A stretch of 64,000 nucleotides of DNA from an uncultured Gemmataceae bacterium (GCA_963750165.1 CAVVPN010000004.1:1120001-1184000); one strand, 5' to 3'. Numbered from the stretch's first letter, positions 1-11,248 are shown. Notes: a model not told the origin generated them from the letters alone. Program-made: numbers and translations.

Positions 1-31
1 CTGAAGGGGGCGAGGGGGGCAAGAACGGGCG

Positions 32-1205
32 TCACGGCTGCGCTTTCTGCTTGCCGACCGTCAGGACCCGCGCCACGTCGCCGCCGGCCTGGCTCACCAC
101 CATCAAACGCTGCTTGCCCGCCGCGGTCGCGCGCACCGTCCAGGTCGCCTCGCCGACATCGCCTTTCACCTTGGACGCCGCCGGCCCCTTCACGAGTTCC
201 AGTCCCGTCGGCAATTTCAGCGTCAGCGTGTCGCCGGCCCCGGCGCCCGCGCAGCGCCACAACCGTCAACTCCCGACCGACCGCCGGCACGCCATCGACG
301 ATCAGGCCGAGGTTGCCCTTGTCATTGGCCGTGAACGCCCCCAGCCCGTAAGCGAAGCCGACGCGCCGCTGCTGCTTCGGCCCCAACTTTTGCTCTGGCC
401 AGTACAGCACCGCGGCGCCATCGTTCAGCGCCTTGATGGAGAACACTGGCACGTTCCAGAGTGTGAGCCCGTCGTTGGCCCCGGGCTGCTTCGACTCCTT
501 CGCCGGCCAGCCGCCGAGCGTGACGCGGCCTGGCGCCTCCACGTCACCACCGAGCTTGAGTTTCAACGTGGCGACGACGCCGGGCTTCTTGAAATCCAGG
601 CTCTCCAGGGCCTGCACGAACGGCGGCACCTGTTCGCCCTTGTAGTCCGCCGAGGTCTCGACCAGCGCCGCCGCCCCCGGCACGATGAACGGAGCGCCGT
701 CGTTGCTGCCGATCATGGTGTCGAGCAGGAAGCGGATGCCGACCTGGTGCGGCTTGGCGCTCTCGTTCTCCAGCACGTACTCGACGCTACAGGTGTCCAG
801 CAACCCGGTCTGTTCACCGCGGACGATCTCCACGAGCTGCGTGACGGTGACGCCTTCCGGGTACTCCCAGACGGAGCGGACGCCGGCGCGGCCCTTGCCG
901 AGCGCTGCTTCCTTGACGCGCCACTTGCCCGGTTGCTCGCCGAACAGGTATTCCTTGCCGTCGATCTTGACGCAGGTGTTGCTGGTCAGGCCGGCGGCGT
1001 GAAAGGTCAATTTCTTGCCGGTGCGCTTGCCCTGGTCGTCGAGGACGTGCAGGCCGAAGCGCATGGAATGCACGTTGCCACCGCCGAAGCCCTTGTCGAA
1101 AAGGATGCCCAGCCGGCCGCTGTCCTTGTCGCCCTGCGGCTGGGCCGCGCCGGCCGCGGCCACGGTCAGACAGAGAGCGATTGCGACGAAACTTCGCCGG
1201 TTCAT
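32..1205 (-). CDS. Secreted hypothetical protein, apparent frameshift near 250-265
   Basis: Read by hand from ATG at 1205: MNRRSFVAIALCLTVAAAGAAQPQ (signal peptide), then ...GIRFLLDTMIGSNDGAPF...; the C-terminus appears to continue in ORF 32..262 in another frame. Confidence 0.65.
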
Positions 1206-1257
1206 GATGGCTCCCTGGTTTACGGAAGAGCGCTAAGCCGCGTCCGCGCTGCATCCT

Positions 1258-1323
1258 ACTGCGGCATCGATTTGCACGCAAGGACCATGTACCTGTGCGT
1301 CCTCGACCCGCACGGCACCATCG
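1258..1323 (+). pseudogene. Small remnant of an IS110-family transposase N-terminus
   Basis: Encodes YCGIDLHARTMYLCVLDPHGTI, matching the first DEDD motif (GID-H) of IS110 transposases; no continuation. Confidence 0.55.
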
Positions 1324-1645
1324 GTGTCGGGAACGAACGAGTATCTGGACCGGCCCGGGATCGAGAAGCCCAGGCACAGCGGACCTTCCTTCGAGGAAGT
1401 GTGAACCGCCAGAGTCCCAAAAGGTGTTGGGCGCAGGAAGTCCTTTCCTCCTCGGAGGAGAAAACCTTGCGCCAGCGACTGATGCACAACAGCAGGTGGT
1501 ACGCAGTGCGCAGTGCAGCACCGCGGTCCCGGACAGACACCGAGCGCCGGAAAAGTCGTCACAGACGGCCCAGCGAAACCTGTCAGGGGACATATTGTCT
1601 CTTGACAGGGAGAGGCGAAGTCGCAAGCGGCAGAAAGCGGGCGGC

Positions 1646-4600
1646 TCATTCGCCCCTGTCGAAGCCCCAGCGGAAGACGCCCATCAAATAGGAGTAGTCG
1701 TCCGTCCAGACGCGGTTGCCCGGCGCTCGCGGCGTGTACCACGTCAGGCCCGGGTTGATGCCTTCGCCGCCGCGCTGGTCCTCGGGCAGGTCGCGCTCGT
1801 CGTCGGCCACCATCACGTACTCCTGCCCAAAATGGCCGATGTGCAGGTAGTCCACGACGGTCATTTCGCCGCGGGCGCGCCGCCGCTCCGTGGGCTGCGT
1901 GCCGTCCTTGCCGACGCGCCACACCTTTTTCAAACTCCGGGCCACGTCCGTGACCGGCTTGACCAGATCAACGTGGCGGTTGGACGTGTGGACGCACAGA
2001 ATGCCGCCGTGCTGATACACCTTCTTGCCCGTCACCGGGTTGACGAACTCGGCGTTGTGCTTGACGAGCTTCGTGAAGTACATCGCGATCGCTTCCCTGG
2101 TGATCAGATGCACGGGGATGGCGTCGGAGCTGAAGGCGTCCACCTCGATGGCCCGGTAATAGTTCTCGCGTTTGGGGAACGATGTGGACTTCTCGTACAC
2201 ATGATGACCCTCCGACTTTTCCCGCGTCCAGGTGTAGGTGGTGTCCGGCTGCAACCGCTCCTCGGTCATCGACAGCCGGGCGTCGCCCATGACGATCTCC
2301 AGCTTGACGCCGCGGTCGATGGCGTCGCGGACATAGGTGAAGTAGGGGTCGTCCTTCAGCGAGTAGCCGCGGATCACCTCGTCGATCTCGTAATAGACGA
2401 CGTGCTGGTATGGCCGGCCATACGAGGCCATGGTGCCGGTGCCCAGGCCGATGGTGGCGTAGGGCGGCTCCGACACACTGGCGAGCACCTGGCCCAGCGG
2501 ATTGCCCGCCCCCAGGCCGATCACCGCCACCGGCAGCCGGGCGTCGGCGCTGTAGTCGTTGAAGGTGCCCTTGTAGTTGACGAATTTCTCCAGCTTGATC
2601 TTGTCCTTGTCCTTCTCGCGCTCCTTCGGGTCCGCGATGACCTTGCCGTCCTTGACCCAGACGCCGTACTGGCCGTCGAACCAGTTCAGCTTCTCCATGA
2701 TGATGCCGGTCGGGCCGAGACGGTGATAGTAGGTCGTGGCCAGGCGGCCGAGCGGCCGGGTATGGCTTTTGTCGAGTTCGTTGCCGTTCACGTCGAAGAC
2801 CGCCACGCGCACCTCCGGCATGTAGTTCAGGCCGTGGTGGGTGGTGCCGTGCATCAGGTAGTGCGACTCGCCGAAGCCGTCCTTCTGTGTCATGACGCGC
2901 AGTACGCCGAAGTAAGTGCGCTCTGCCTGCAGCACATGGCCGCTCTCCGCTGCCGCCTCGTGTCGGGCCACCACCAGCAAGATGCCGGCCAAAGCCAGTC
3001 CGAAGCGCAGCGGCCGCGACATCACCAGCAGCGCCAGGATGAGCGGCAGGCCGTACATCAGGGCCCCGGACATGGTCTGCGTCCAGCCGTGCGCGCTCTT
3101 CGGTGCCATGCCCATGGTGCGGTGGAAGAAGGCGAACAGGCTGTTCTCCTTGTCCATTTCCTTGACGTAGGGGTCGGCGATGCTGTTGTACAGAACCTTC
3201 CAGCCCCAGTGGCCGCTGCCGTTGAAGATCAGCGTGGCCGCGACCACCGTGATGAGCCCGGCGATCACCAGGTCAAACGTGAACCCCATGAGCCAGCCGC
3301 GCGGCGCCTGGACCGCCGGGGCAGGGGTCGGGGCAGGCGTGGTGCCGTCGGCGGCCGCGGTGGGCTGCCCCTTGAACTGACTGTACAGATCGTCGCCGGT
3401 CTTGTTGAACCAGTTGGCCATCTCGGGGAACGTGCTGGCGAGCCAGGTTTCCGACCAACCGCCGCCGCCGAGCCTGGGCCGCAGCAGACCCGCGAAGATG
3501 ATGGCCAGCGGCAGTTCCGCCGTGCCGTAGAACAGCACCGGCGCCACCAGGCCGTTGAACATGCCGCCGAGCATGCCGCCGACCGACATCCACAGATAGA
3601 ACTCGGTCAGATAGCGCGTCGGCGGTCGGTCGCGGGCCAGTTCGCCGTGACAGACCAGTGCCGTGAAGAAGAACGCGACCATGCAGAACAGCACCGAACG
3701 CCAGATCGGACTGACCTGATGCGTCATCAGAATCCACGTCAGGCAGATCAGGCCAAACGGTTGCAGGATCAGCATCAGGCTATGCGGCGCCCCGGTCCAC
3801 ACCACCGGCCAGCGCGTGAACACCAGGATGAACGACAGCAGGTAGATCGCCAGCGGGATCACCCAGAAGTTCGTGATGGCCGAGATGTCCGTACACATGT
3901 AAGTCGTGACGCCGAGCATCAGGCTCGACGGGATGGCGGCCAGCATGACCCAGCGGAAGCGCCGCCAGTTGGTCATCTCGAAGGGGCGCGGGGCGGCGGG
4001 CGTGTGGGTCAGCGGTGCGTGCGCCGCGGCGGTGGCACTGGTGACGGCGACCTTACCGAGTTGTTTCGCGGGCTGTGGCCGGCCGCCGCGCTGCTTGGAG
4101 CCGCGGCGGATGGCGCCGCGCTGCGGCGCGGGTGGGTTCGGCGCAGCGACGGGCTTGATGGCGGTCTCGGCCGCCGGCGCCGGGGCGGGCGCGGGCGCGG
4201 TCTGGACCGGCTCAGGCGCCGGCTGCTCCGCGGTGGAGCCGATGGGGGTGCTGGCCCCGGCCAGCTGCACGCTGGGCGGCGCCTGCAGCACGAAGTAGGC
4301 GCAGCCGGCGACCGCCAGCGCCAGCACGATGTAGCCGAAGGTCCAGATCCACGCCTGCTCGCGCAGGCCGAAGATTGGTTCAACGATGAACGGATACGCA
4401 AGCAGGGCGAGCATACTGCCAAGGTTGCTGGCGCCGTAGAGGAAGTAGGGATCCTTGGCGGCGGGGTGGCCGGTGCTGCCAAACCACTTTTGCAGCAGCG
4501 GAGCGCTGGTGGCCACGACGATGAACGGCACGCCGACCATTGCCAGCAGCAGGCCGAGCGTTTGCGGAATGGGCGGCGCTTCGGGATTGGGGATCCAGCC

Positions 4601-4939
4601 GCGCTCGACCTTGCCGTCCACGACAATGGGCTTGCCGTCCGGGCCGACGGGATCGGCGACGTTGAACGGGCCGTAGGGCCACAGGAACAGCACGAACAGC
4701 GGCAGCACCAGGACGGCACAATGGACGAAAAGTTGGCGGCGTACGCTCAGGCGAGTGCTCACCGTGTGCGTGTAGGCGTAGCCCGCCAGCAGCGCGGTCT
4801 GGAAGAAGACCATGCAGGTGTTCCAGACCTGGGGCGTGCCGCCGAGCTTCGGCAGGATCATCTTGCCGATCATCGGCTGCACCAGGAAGAGCAGGAAGGC
4901 GCTCACGAAGAGCGTGATCGCGAAAAACGGCAGGGCCAA
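1646..4939 (-). CDS. Fused MFS-like membrane / spermidine-synthase-like protein
   Basis: FAITLFVSAFLLFLVQPMIGK, DPYFLYGASNLGS, HGELARDRP, HGTTHHG, IGLGTGT and DAFSSDAIPVHL motifs; TTG start with upstream GGAGGA. Confidence 0.88.
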   Translation of the reverse strand: MALPFFAITLFVSAFLLFLVQPMIGKMILPKLGGTPQVWNTCMVFFQTALLAGYAYTHTVSTRLSVRRQLFVHCAVLVLPLFVLFLWPYGPFNVADPVGPDGKPIVVDGKVERGWIPNPEAPPIPQTLGLLLAMVGVPFIVVATSAPLLQKWFGSTGHPAAKDPYFLYGASNLGSMLALLAYPFIVEPIFGLREQAWIWTFGYIVLALAVAGCAYFVLQAPPSVQLAGASTPIGSTAEQPAPEPVQTAPAPAPAPAAETAIKPVAAPNPPAPQRGAIRRGSKQRGGRPQPAKQLGKVAVTSATAAAHAPLTHTPAAPRPFEMTNWRRFRWVMLAAIPSSLMLGVTTYMCTDISAITNFWVIPLAIYLLSFILVFTRWPVVWTGAPHSLMLILQPFGLICLTWILMTHQVSPIWRSVLFCMVAFFFTALVCHGELARDRPPTRYLTEFYLWMSVGGMLGGMFNGLVAPVLFYGTAELPLAIIFAGLLRPRLGGGGWSETWLASTFPEMANWFNKTGDDLYSQFKGQPTAAADGTTPAPTPAPAVQAPRGWLMGFTFDLVIAGLITVVAATLIFNGSGHWGWKVLYNSIADPYVKEMDKENSLFAFFHRTMGMAPKSAHGWTQTMSGALMYGLPLILALLVMSRPLRFGLALAGILLVVARHEAAAESGHVLQAERTYFGVLRVMTQKDGFGESHYLMHGTTHHGLNYMPEVRVAVFDVNGNELDKSHTRPLGRLATTYYHRLGPTGIIMEKLNWFDGQYGVWVKDGKVIADPKEREKDKDKIKLEKFVNYKGTFNDYSADARLPVAVIGLGAGNPLGQVLASVSEPPYATIGLGTGTMASYGRPYQHVVYYEIDEVIRGYSLKDDPYFTYVRDAIDRGVKLEIVMGDARLSMTEERLQPDTTYTWTREKSEGHHVYEKSTSFPKRENYYRAIEVDAFSSDAIPVHLITREAIAMYFTKLVKHNAEFVNPVTGKKVYQHGGILCVHTSNRHVDLVKPVTDVARSLKKVWRVGKDGTQPTERRRARGEMTVVDYLHIGHFGQEYVMVADDERDLPEDQRGGEGINPGLTWYTPRAPGNRVWTDDYSYLMGVFRWGFDRGE

Positions 4940-5085
4940 GGGACATCCTCCACGGCAAGCGGCGAAAGCGGGCGGCACCAGGTTCCGACCTCTGTAAAGG
5001 GGCAGTGTATGAACGCGGCGGCGCGAAAGCAAACGCTGGCGCAGCCCTGCAGTTGCTACGCCGCTGCGGGGCAAAAGGTTGGCCG

Positions 5086-7866
5086 TCAGCGCGACCAGGT
5101 GACCACGCTGAGCAGGTTCGTGTAGTTGTCGCGCCAGACCCGCCGCTTGCGGTCGCCGAGCAGGACGCGCCAGCCGCGCTCATCCGGGCCGGCGGCCAGC
5201 GTCACTTGCTGCAACAACGTCGGCCACTCCGGATGCTTGTGCGCGGTCGGCCCCGGCAGGCGCTGTTTGACCGTCAGGTGCGCGACCATCGGCGCCGCCA
5301 GCGCCTGGGCCGCCGGTGGCGCCGCCAGCAGCAGCGCCGCCGCGTGCGCCGCCCGCCGCGCATCCCCCCGCGCCGCGGCACCCGGCTGCTTGCGCCAGGG
5401 CCAACCAATCGACGCCGAAGCGCTCGTCGTTGTCGGCGTCGTCGCTCCAGAACAGGCACACCAGATCGCGGGCCAGCGCCTGGTCGGCCAGCACCGGCGG
5501 CAGGTTCACGTAATTGTTCGTCACGTTGTACAGCAGCACACCGTCCGGCGCCAGCTTCTCCAGATACAGTTCCAGCGCTTCCATCGTCAGCAGATGCACC
5601 GGGATGGCGTCCGAGCTGAAGGCGTCGATCACCAGCACCTGGAAGTAGCCCGGCGGCACCACTTCCGGCGGCGCCTTTGGGTCGGGGTTGATCTGGACCT
5701 TGCCGTCGCGCAACCGCAGCCGGCCGTCGCCGATGTCCACCTCCACGCGGGCGCCGCGCTTGCGGGCGTCCACCAGGAAGTAGAAGTACGGCTCGCTGCC
5801 GTCCGGCGGCAGTGACAGGTCGCGCACCGACGGGTCGATCTCGTAGAAGACGACGTGCTGGCCATTCAGCGCATAGGCCGCCAACGTGCCGGTGCCCAGG
5901 CCGATGACGCCGTAGGGCCGCCGCGATTTCGACTCCTTGAACCGGCTGAACAGCTCGCCCACCGGGCCGTCGGGGTGGAAGTAGGTGATCGGCTCGTTGC
6001 GCCGCTCCTTCGGCTCGACGCGCTGACCGCCGTGGTTGATGCCGCCGTGGATCAGGTTGTGATAGACGCGCCGCTCCATCCGGCCGTCGCCGCGGTCGTA
6101 AATCACCTCGTCGCGCTCGACGCTGCGCATCCCGAAGTAGCTGCGGCCGGAGTAAATGTAGGTGGAGTAGTGCGTCGCGCCGGCGCTCCGGTCGTAATAC
6201 TCCGACATCGATTTTTCCATGGCGACCGTGAGGGAGTAGACCACGATCAGAGCGACAATGCCCAGGGCGAAGCGCAGCCGTCGGCCCGCGAAGCCGAAGC
6301 AGATCAGCATCGGTAGGCCGTAGACAATGGCCCCGTTGAGGAGCGTCGCCGTTTGGCGGGCCGTCCCCGCCTTGTAGCCCCGGGCGTTGACCCAGGTGGC
6401 CAGGCTCAGTTCCAGCGAGCCGCCGTTCCAGAGGCTGATCGACTGGCTGATACGGAACAGCGCGAAGCCGAACAGCCCCAGGCAGACCGCGTAGCCGAGG
6501 TCCAGCAGGTACTCCTGCAAACTGCTGTTCGCGTCGGAGGCGCCGAACCAGCGGCTGAAGATTTTGACCGGCGGCCGCAGGGTGAGCGACAGCATGAGCA
6601 CCAGCGGATACTCAATGGCGAACTTGAACAGCACCGGCGCTAGCAGGGCGTTGAACAGCCCGCCGGTGACGCCGCCCACTGACATCCACAGGTAGAACTC
6701 GGTCAGGTGCCGGGTCGAGGGGCGGTCCCTGGCCAGTTCGCCGTGACAGACCATCACGGTCAGGAAGAACGCCGTGGTGTGGGCGGTCAGCATGACCCAG
6801 GTGGGGGCGTATGTTGCAGCAGCACGACCGCGCCCAGCACGGCCAGGGAGACGAGTTGCAACACGAGCATGATGCGGTGTGGCAGGCCCAGCCACTGCAC
6901 CGGCCAGCGCATGAACACGAGGATGAACGACATCAGGTACAGGGCCAGTGGAATGACCCAGAAGAAGGGGACGGCGGCGATGTCGGTGGTGATGAAGGTG
7001 GTCAGGCCGAGCATGAGGCTGCTGGGCACCGCGGCGAGGGCGACCCAGCGCAGGCGGCGCAGGTTGGAGATCGGGGCCACGGCGGGCTCGATGGTCTTCG
7101 GCATCGGGGCGGGGGCGACGGCGACATGCGGGGTTCGGCCGCGGCGGGAGATGATGGTGCGCTTGACGGCGGTGCTGGGGTCAGCCGGCGGCAGGGCGGT
7201 GGTCGTCGGGTCGGCCGGCGGCAGCGCGGCACTGGCGTGCGGCGCCCCGGCCAGCAGAACCTGAGCGGGGCCGCGAAAGACGATCAGGCCGCACAGGACC
7301 GTGAACAGGAAGAACAGGCCGTAGCCGAAGGCCCACAGGGTACTTTGGTAGTCGAGGTCGAAGGATTGTTCGACCCAGAGCGGATAAGCGAGGAGGGCGA
7401 GCATGCTGCCGAGGTTGCTGGCGCCGTAGAGGAAGTAGGGGTCCCTGGCGGCCGCGTGGCCGGTGCTGCCGAACCATTTTTGCAGCAGTGGGGCGCTGGT
7501 GGCGACGACGAAGAACGGCAAGCCGACGACGAGGGTGAGCAGCCAGAGCACGGCGAAGATGGGGTTGGCCTGCGGCGGCGGCTCCCAGGCGCCGATGCTG
7601 AACGGCCCGATGGCCAGGAGCAGGGCCAACGGCAGCAGCAGCACGGCACCGTGGACGGCCAGCTGGCGGCGCAGCGGCAGGTAGGTGCTGACGGAATGGG
7701 TGTAGCCGTAGCCGGCGAGCAGTGCGGCCTGGAAGAATAGCATGCAGGTGTTCCAGACGGCAGGGGTGCCGCCGAGGCGCGGCAGGATCATCTTGCCGAT
7801 CATCGGCTGCACCAAAAACAGCAGGAACGCGCTGACGAACAGCGTGATCGCGAACAGCAACGGCAC
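5086..7866 (-). CDS. Second fused MFS/spermidine-synthase-like paralog (two frameshifts)
   Basis: Same motifs split over ORFs 6787..7866, 5180..6895 and 5086..5289 (VWRDNYTNLL). Confidence 0.8.
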
Positions 7867-7930
7867 GGCAGCTCTCCCCGGATAGCGCGGAACGGCACCC
7901 CCTTGTGCGGGTAAAGGATACGGAAAACGC

Positions 7931-8049
7931 GGTCAGAGGTCAGAGGTCAGAGGTCAGAAGTCAGAAGTCAGAGGTCAGCGCAGTCGTTCTGTCGCTTGCG
8001 GCCTGTGCTCTGCCTGACCTCTGATCTCTGACTTCTGGCTTCTGGCTCT
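7931..8049. repeat. Inverted heptamer repeat tract, (GTCAGAR)n ... (YTCTGAC)n
   Basis: About 7 tandem GTCAGAG/GTCAGAA units at 7931-7978 and reverse-complement units at 8014-8049. Confidence 0.85.
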
Positions 8050-8077
8050 TGACATTCGCGCATGACTCCCCTAAAGT
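8049..8077 (+). promoter_or_regulatory. Sigma70 promoter of the feo operon
   Basis: TTGACA (8049-8054), 17 bp spacer, TAAAGT (8072-8077). Confidence 0.7.
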
Positions 8078-8081
8078 AGAC

Positions 8082-8096
8082 TGAGATTCAGTCTCA
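8082..8096. promoter_or_regulatory. Fur-box-like palindrome
   Basis: TGAGATT-C-AGTCTCA, 7-1-7 form, at the predicted start site upstream of feoA. Confidence 0.6.
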
Positions 8097-8125
8097 ATAA
8101 CGCCCTCCTACCTGCGAGGCTGTGC

Positions 8126-8377
8126 GTGGTTACGGATCTGCTCCTGCCGTTGGACGTGTTGTCGCGTGGACAATGGGCTGACGTGGTTGATGTGTCCGGG
8201 GAACCGGGGCACGTGTGCCGGCTGGCGGAACTCGGCTTGCGCTGCGGCAGTCGCGTGTGTGTGCTGCAACCGGGCAGTCCGTGTCTGGTGCAGGTCGGCG
8301 GTTGCCGGCTGAGCCTGCGCGGCGACGACGCGCTGTGCGTGCTGGTGCGGCCCGTGGCCAACAGGCGGGGGCATTGA
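8126..8377 (+). CDS. feoA: FeoA family protein
   Basis: RLAELGLRCG...PGSP...LSLR FeoA pattern; upstream of feoB. Confidence 0.8.
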   Translation: MVTDLLLPLDVLSRGQWADVVDVSGEPGHVCRLAELGLRCGSRVCVLQPGSPCLVQVGGCRLSLRGDDALCVLVRPVANRRGH

Positions 8378-8378
8378 G

Positions 8379-8618
8379 ATGCCGTCTCTGGATCAACTGC
8401 GGCCCGGCCAGGCTGGCCGGATTGAGGCGCTGGCCGGCGACGACGCCCTGGTGCAGCGGCTGCTGGAGATGGGCCTGTTCGAGGGCGAAACCGTGGAGGT
8501 CATCGGCGTGGCGCCGCTGGGCGACCCGCTGGAACTGCGGTTACGCGACTACCGCCTGAGCCTGCGCCGCAGCGAGGCCGCCCGCATCCGCGTCGCGCTG
8601 CTGAGCGACGCGCCCTGA
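8379..8618 (+). CDS. feoA: FeoA family protein
   Basis: RLLEMGL..G..V....APLGDP...LSLRRSEA. Confidence 0.93.
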   Translation: MPSLDQLRPGQAGRIEALAGDDALVQRLLEMGLFEGETVEVIGVAPLGDPLELRLRDYRLSLRRSEAARIRVALLSDAP

Positions 8619-8629
8619 ATTTTCGTGGT

Positions 8630-8695
8630 TGGTCGGAGCCCGAGCGCCAGCGCGAGGCCCCGCGCTGGCGCTCGGGCTCCGACCAGAAACAAGAA
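8630..8695. repeat. REP-like GC-rich palindrome
   Basis: GGTCGGAGCCCGAGCGCCAGCGCG...CGCGCTGGCGCTCGGGCTCCGACC; related copy at 21573-21643. Confidence 0.8.
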
Positions 8696-8706
8696 AAGAC
8701 CTGCCG

Positions 8707-10956
8707 ATGGTCCTCCTCCGCACCCCCACCGTGGCCCTGCTCGGCAACCCCAACACGGGCAAAACCACCCTGTTCAACGCCCTGGCCGGCATGAACCAGC
8801 GCGTCGGCAACTACCCCGGCGTCACCGTCGAGACCAAGAAGGGCAAGCTCCGCTGCGGCGCCCAGGCGTTCGAGCTGATCGACCTGCCCGGCACCTACAG
8901 CCTGGCGCCGCGCAGTCCCGATGAGATGGTCGCGGTCGATCTCATCCTCGGCCACCAGGCCGGCGAGGCCCGGCCCGACGTGCTCGTCACCATCGTGGAC
9001 GCTTCCAATCTCGAACGCAACCTGTACCTGACGACGCAGGCCCTGGAGCTCGGCGTGCCCGTCGTCGTGGCGCTGAACATGGTCGATGTGGCGCAGGCCC
9101 AGGGCGTCACCGTGGACGCGGCCCGGCTGGGACGGCAGCTGGGCGTGCCGGTCGTGCCCATCCAGGCCAACCGCCGTCTCGGCCTCGACGCCCTCAAGGG
9201 CGCCATCGCCGCGGCGCTGGAGCAGGGGCCGCCCGGCAAACTGCCGACGTTCCCCGAAGCGTTCGAGCGTGAGGTCGAGGCCCTGCGGCCCACCTTCCCC
9301 GCGGACGTGGAGCCGTTTCTGCTGCGCCGCCTGCTGCTCGACATGGGCGGCTACACCGAACGCCGCCTCGCGGCCCTGACCGCGGACGGGCCGGAGACGC
9401 TGGCGGCGAAGCTGCGAACCGCCCGGCAGCGGTTGACGGAGCAGGGCTGTGCGGTGCCGGCGGTCGAGGCCCGCGTGCGTTACGGCTGGATTCGCCATGC
9501 CGTCGAGGGCTGCGTGCAGCGGCCCGCGCAGCGGCCGGTGTCGTGGACAGACCGGCTCGACCGCGTGCTGACGCACCGTGTCTGGGGCACGCTGATTTTC
9601 CTGGCGCTGATGTTCATCGTCTTCCAGTCGATCTTCACGCTGGCGAAGCCGCTGATGGACGCCATCGGTCTGGGCCGTGACTGGCTGGCCGATCAGGTCG
9701 GCGCTCTGCTGCCCGTCGGCCCGCTGCGGAGCCTGCTGGCCGACGGCGTTATCAAGGGAGTCGGCAGTGTGCTGCAATTTTTGCCGCAGATCGCCATTCT
9801 GTTCGCGTTCATTGCCGTGCTGGAAGACTGCGGCTACATGGCGCGGGCGGCGTTCCTGATGGATCGGCTCATGGCCCGCTGCGGCCTGAGCGGCAAATCG
9901 TTCATCCCGCTGCTGTCGTCGGTGGCGTGTGCGGTGCCGGGCATCATGGCGGCGCGCGTGATCGAGAACCGCCGCGACCGGCTGGCGACCATCGTGGTGG
10001 CGCCGCTGATGAGCTGCTCGGCCCGGTTGCCGGTGTACACGCTGCTGATCGGCGCGTTCCTGAGCGATCCGTGGTGGCTGCCGGGCGTGGTCATGTTCGG
10101 GTTGTATGCGCTCGGCCTGGTGCTGGCGCCGCTGGTGGCCTGGCTGCTGAAGGGGACGCTGCTGCGTGGCGCGACGCCGCTGTTCGTCATGGAGATGCCG
10201 CTGTACAAGGTGCCGTCGTGGCGGACGGTCGGCCGGCGCATGTTCGACAGCGGCTGGATGTTCGTGCGCCGGGCCGGCACGCTGATCCTGGCGACGATGA
10301 TCGTCGTCTGGGCGCTGCTGTACTTCCCTGGCGGCGGCGATTATGACGAGCGCATCGTCGCCCTGGAAGACAGCGCCATCACCTTCGACGGTGAGCCATC
10401 GAGCCTGGACGACCTGCGCAAACAGGCGGAGGAACTGGAACAGGCCGGAGACGAGGAACGGCTGGCGCGTCTGAAAACGGTGCTGGATCCGGTTGAGGAT
10501 CGGTTGAACGAATTGCACCGGAACAGGACGGCGGAGAGTTTTCTCGGTCAGTTCGGCCGCGCCATTGAGCCGGCGGTGCGGCCGCTGGGCTGGGACTGGC
10601 GCATCGGCGTTGCGGCCCTCGCAAGCTTCCCGGCGCACGAGGTCATGGTCGGCACGCTGGGCCTGCTGTTCAGCCAGGGCCGTGGCCAATCGGATGACGA
10701 GCGCTACCGCGAGGGATTGAGTGCGCGGCTGCAGGCGGAGCGTTGGCAGGACGATACTGGGCGGCCGTTGTTCACAGTGCCGGTGGCGCTGTCGGTACTG
10801 GTGTTCTTCGCGCTGTGCTGTCAGTGCGCCTCGACGCTGGCGGTGATCCGGCGCGAGACGCGGACGTGGCGCTGGCCGGCGTTCACGTTCGTGTACATGA
10901 CGGTGCTGGCATATGTTGGGGCGCTGGTGGTGTACACGGTCGGCAGTCTGTTTTGA
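8707..10956 (+). CDS. feoB: Ferrous iron transporter B
   Basis: GNPNTGKT, VGNYPGVTVE, DLPG, NMVD, LEDCGYMAR and SCSARLPVY motifs. Confidence 0.96.
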   Translation: MVLLRTPTVALLGNPNTGKTTLFNALAGMNQRVGNYPGVTVETKKGKLRCGAQAFELIDLPGTYSLAPRSPDEMVAVDLILGHQAGEARPDVLVTIVDASNLERNLYLTTQALELGVPVVVALNMVDVAQAQGVTVDAARLGRQLGVPVVPIQANRRLGLDALKGAIAAALEQGPPGKLPTFPEAFEREVEALRPTFPADVEPFLLRRLLLDMGGYTERRLAALTADGPETLAAKLRTARQRLTEQGCAVPAVEARVRYGWIRHAVEGCVQRPAQRPVSWTDRLDRVLTHRVWGTLIFLALMFIVFQSIFTLAKPLMDAIGLGRDWLADQVGALLPVGPLRSLLADGVIKGVGSVLQFLPQIAILFAFIAVLEDCGYMARAAFLMDRLMARCGLSGKSFIPLLSSVACAVPGIMAARVIENRRDRLATIVVAPLMSCSARLPVYTLLIGAFLSDPWWLPGVVMFGLYALGLVLAPLVAWLLKGTLLRGATPLFVMEMPLYKVPSWRTVGRRMFDSGWMFVRRAGTLILATMIVVWALLYFPGGGDYDERIVALEDSAITFDGEPSSLDDLRKQAEELEQAGDEERLARLKTVLDPVEDRLNELHRNRTAESFLGQFGRAIEPAVRPLGWDWRIGVAALASFPAHEVMVGTLGLLFSQGRGQSDDERYREGLSARLQAERWQDDTGRPLFTVPVALSVLVFFALCCQCASTLAVIRRETRTWRWPAFTFVYMTVLAYVGALVVYTVGSLF

Positions 10957-10991
10957 TGTTCTGCCCCCCGTTCAGAAGAAAGACCCCTGAC

Positions 10992-11213
10992 ATGGACCCG
11001 CAACTGCTGGTGGTCGCCGTGATCGTGAGCGCCGCGGGGGCGTACCTGGGGCGCTCGACCTGGCGCGCCTGGCGCGGCGCACGCAGCGGTTGCGGCAGCA
11101 CTTGCGGCGGTGGTGCCGGTTCGGCCCGGCTCAGCGCCGCGCCTTCGGCGACTACACATATCCCGCTTGAGCAGTTAACCTTGCGCCGTCCGAACGATCT
11201 GGACAGCCGTTGA
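10992..11213 (+). CDS. FeoB-associated Cys-rich small membrane protein
   Basis: N-terminal TM segment then SGCGSTCG, directly after feoB. Confidence 0.65.
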   Translation: MDPQLLVVAVIVSAAGAYLGRSTWRAWRGARSGCGSTCGGGAGSARLSAAPSATTHIPLEQLTLRRPNDLDSR

Positions 11214-11248
11214 GTGCGGAATTTCTCGTACTTTTTACCATTTTCCAC

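Noticed and set aside
51..10689. Long antisense ORFs (51..1691, 1295..5125, 8500..10689)
   Set aside because: Shadow ORFs of real genes in high-GC DNA; no motifs
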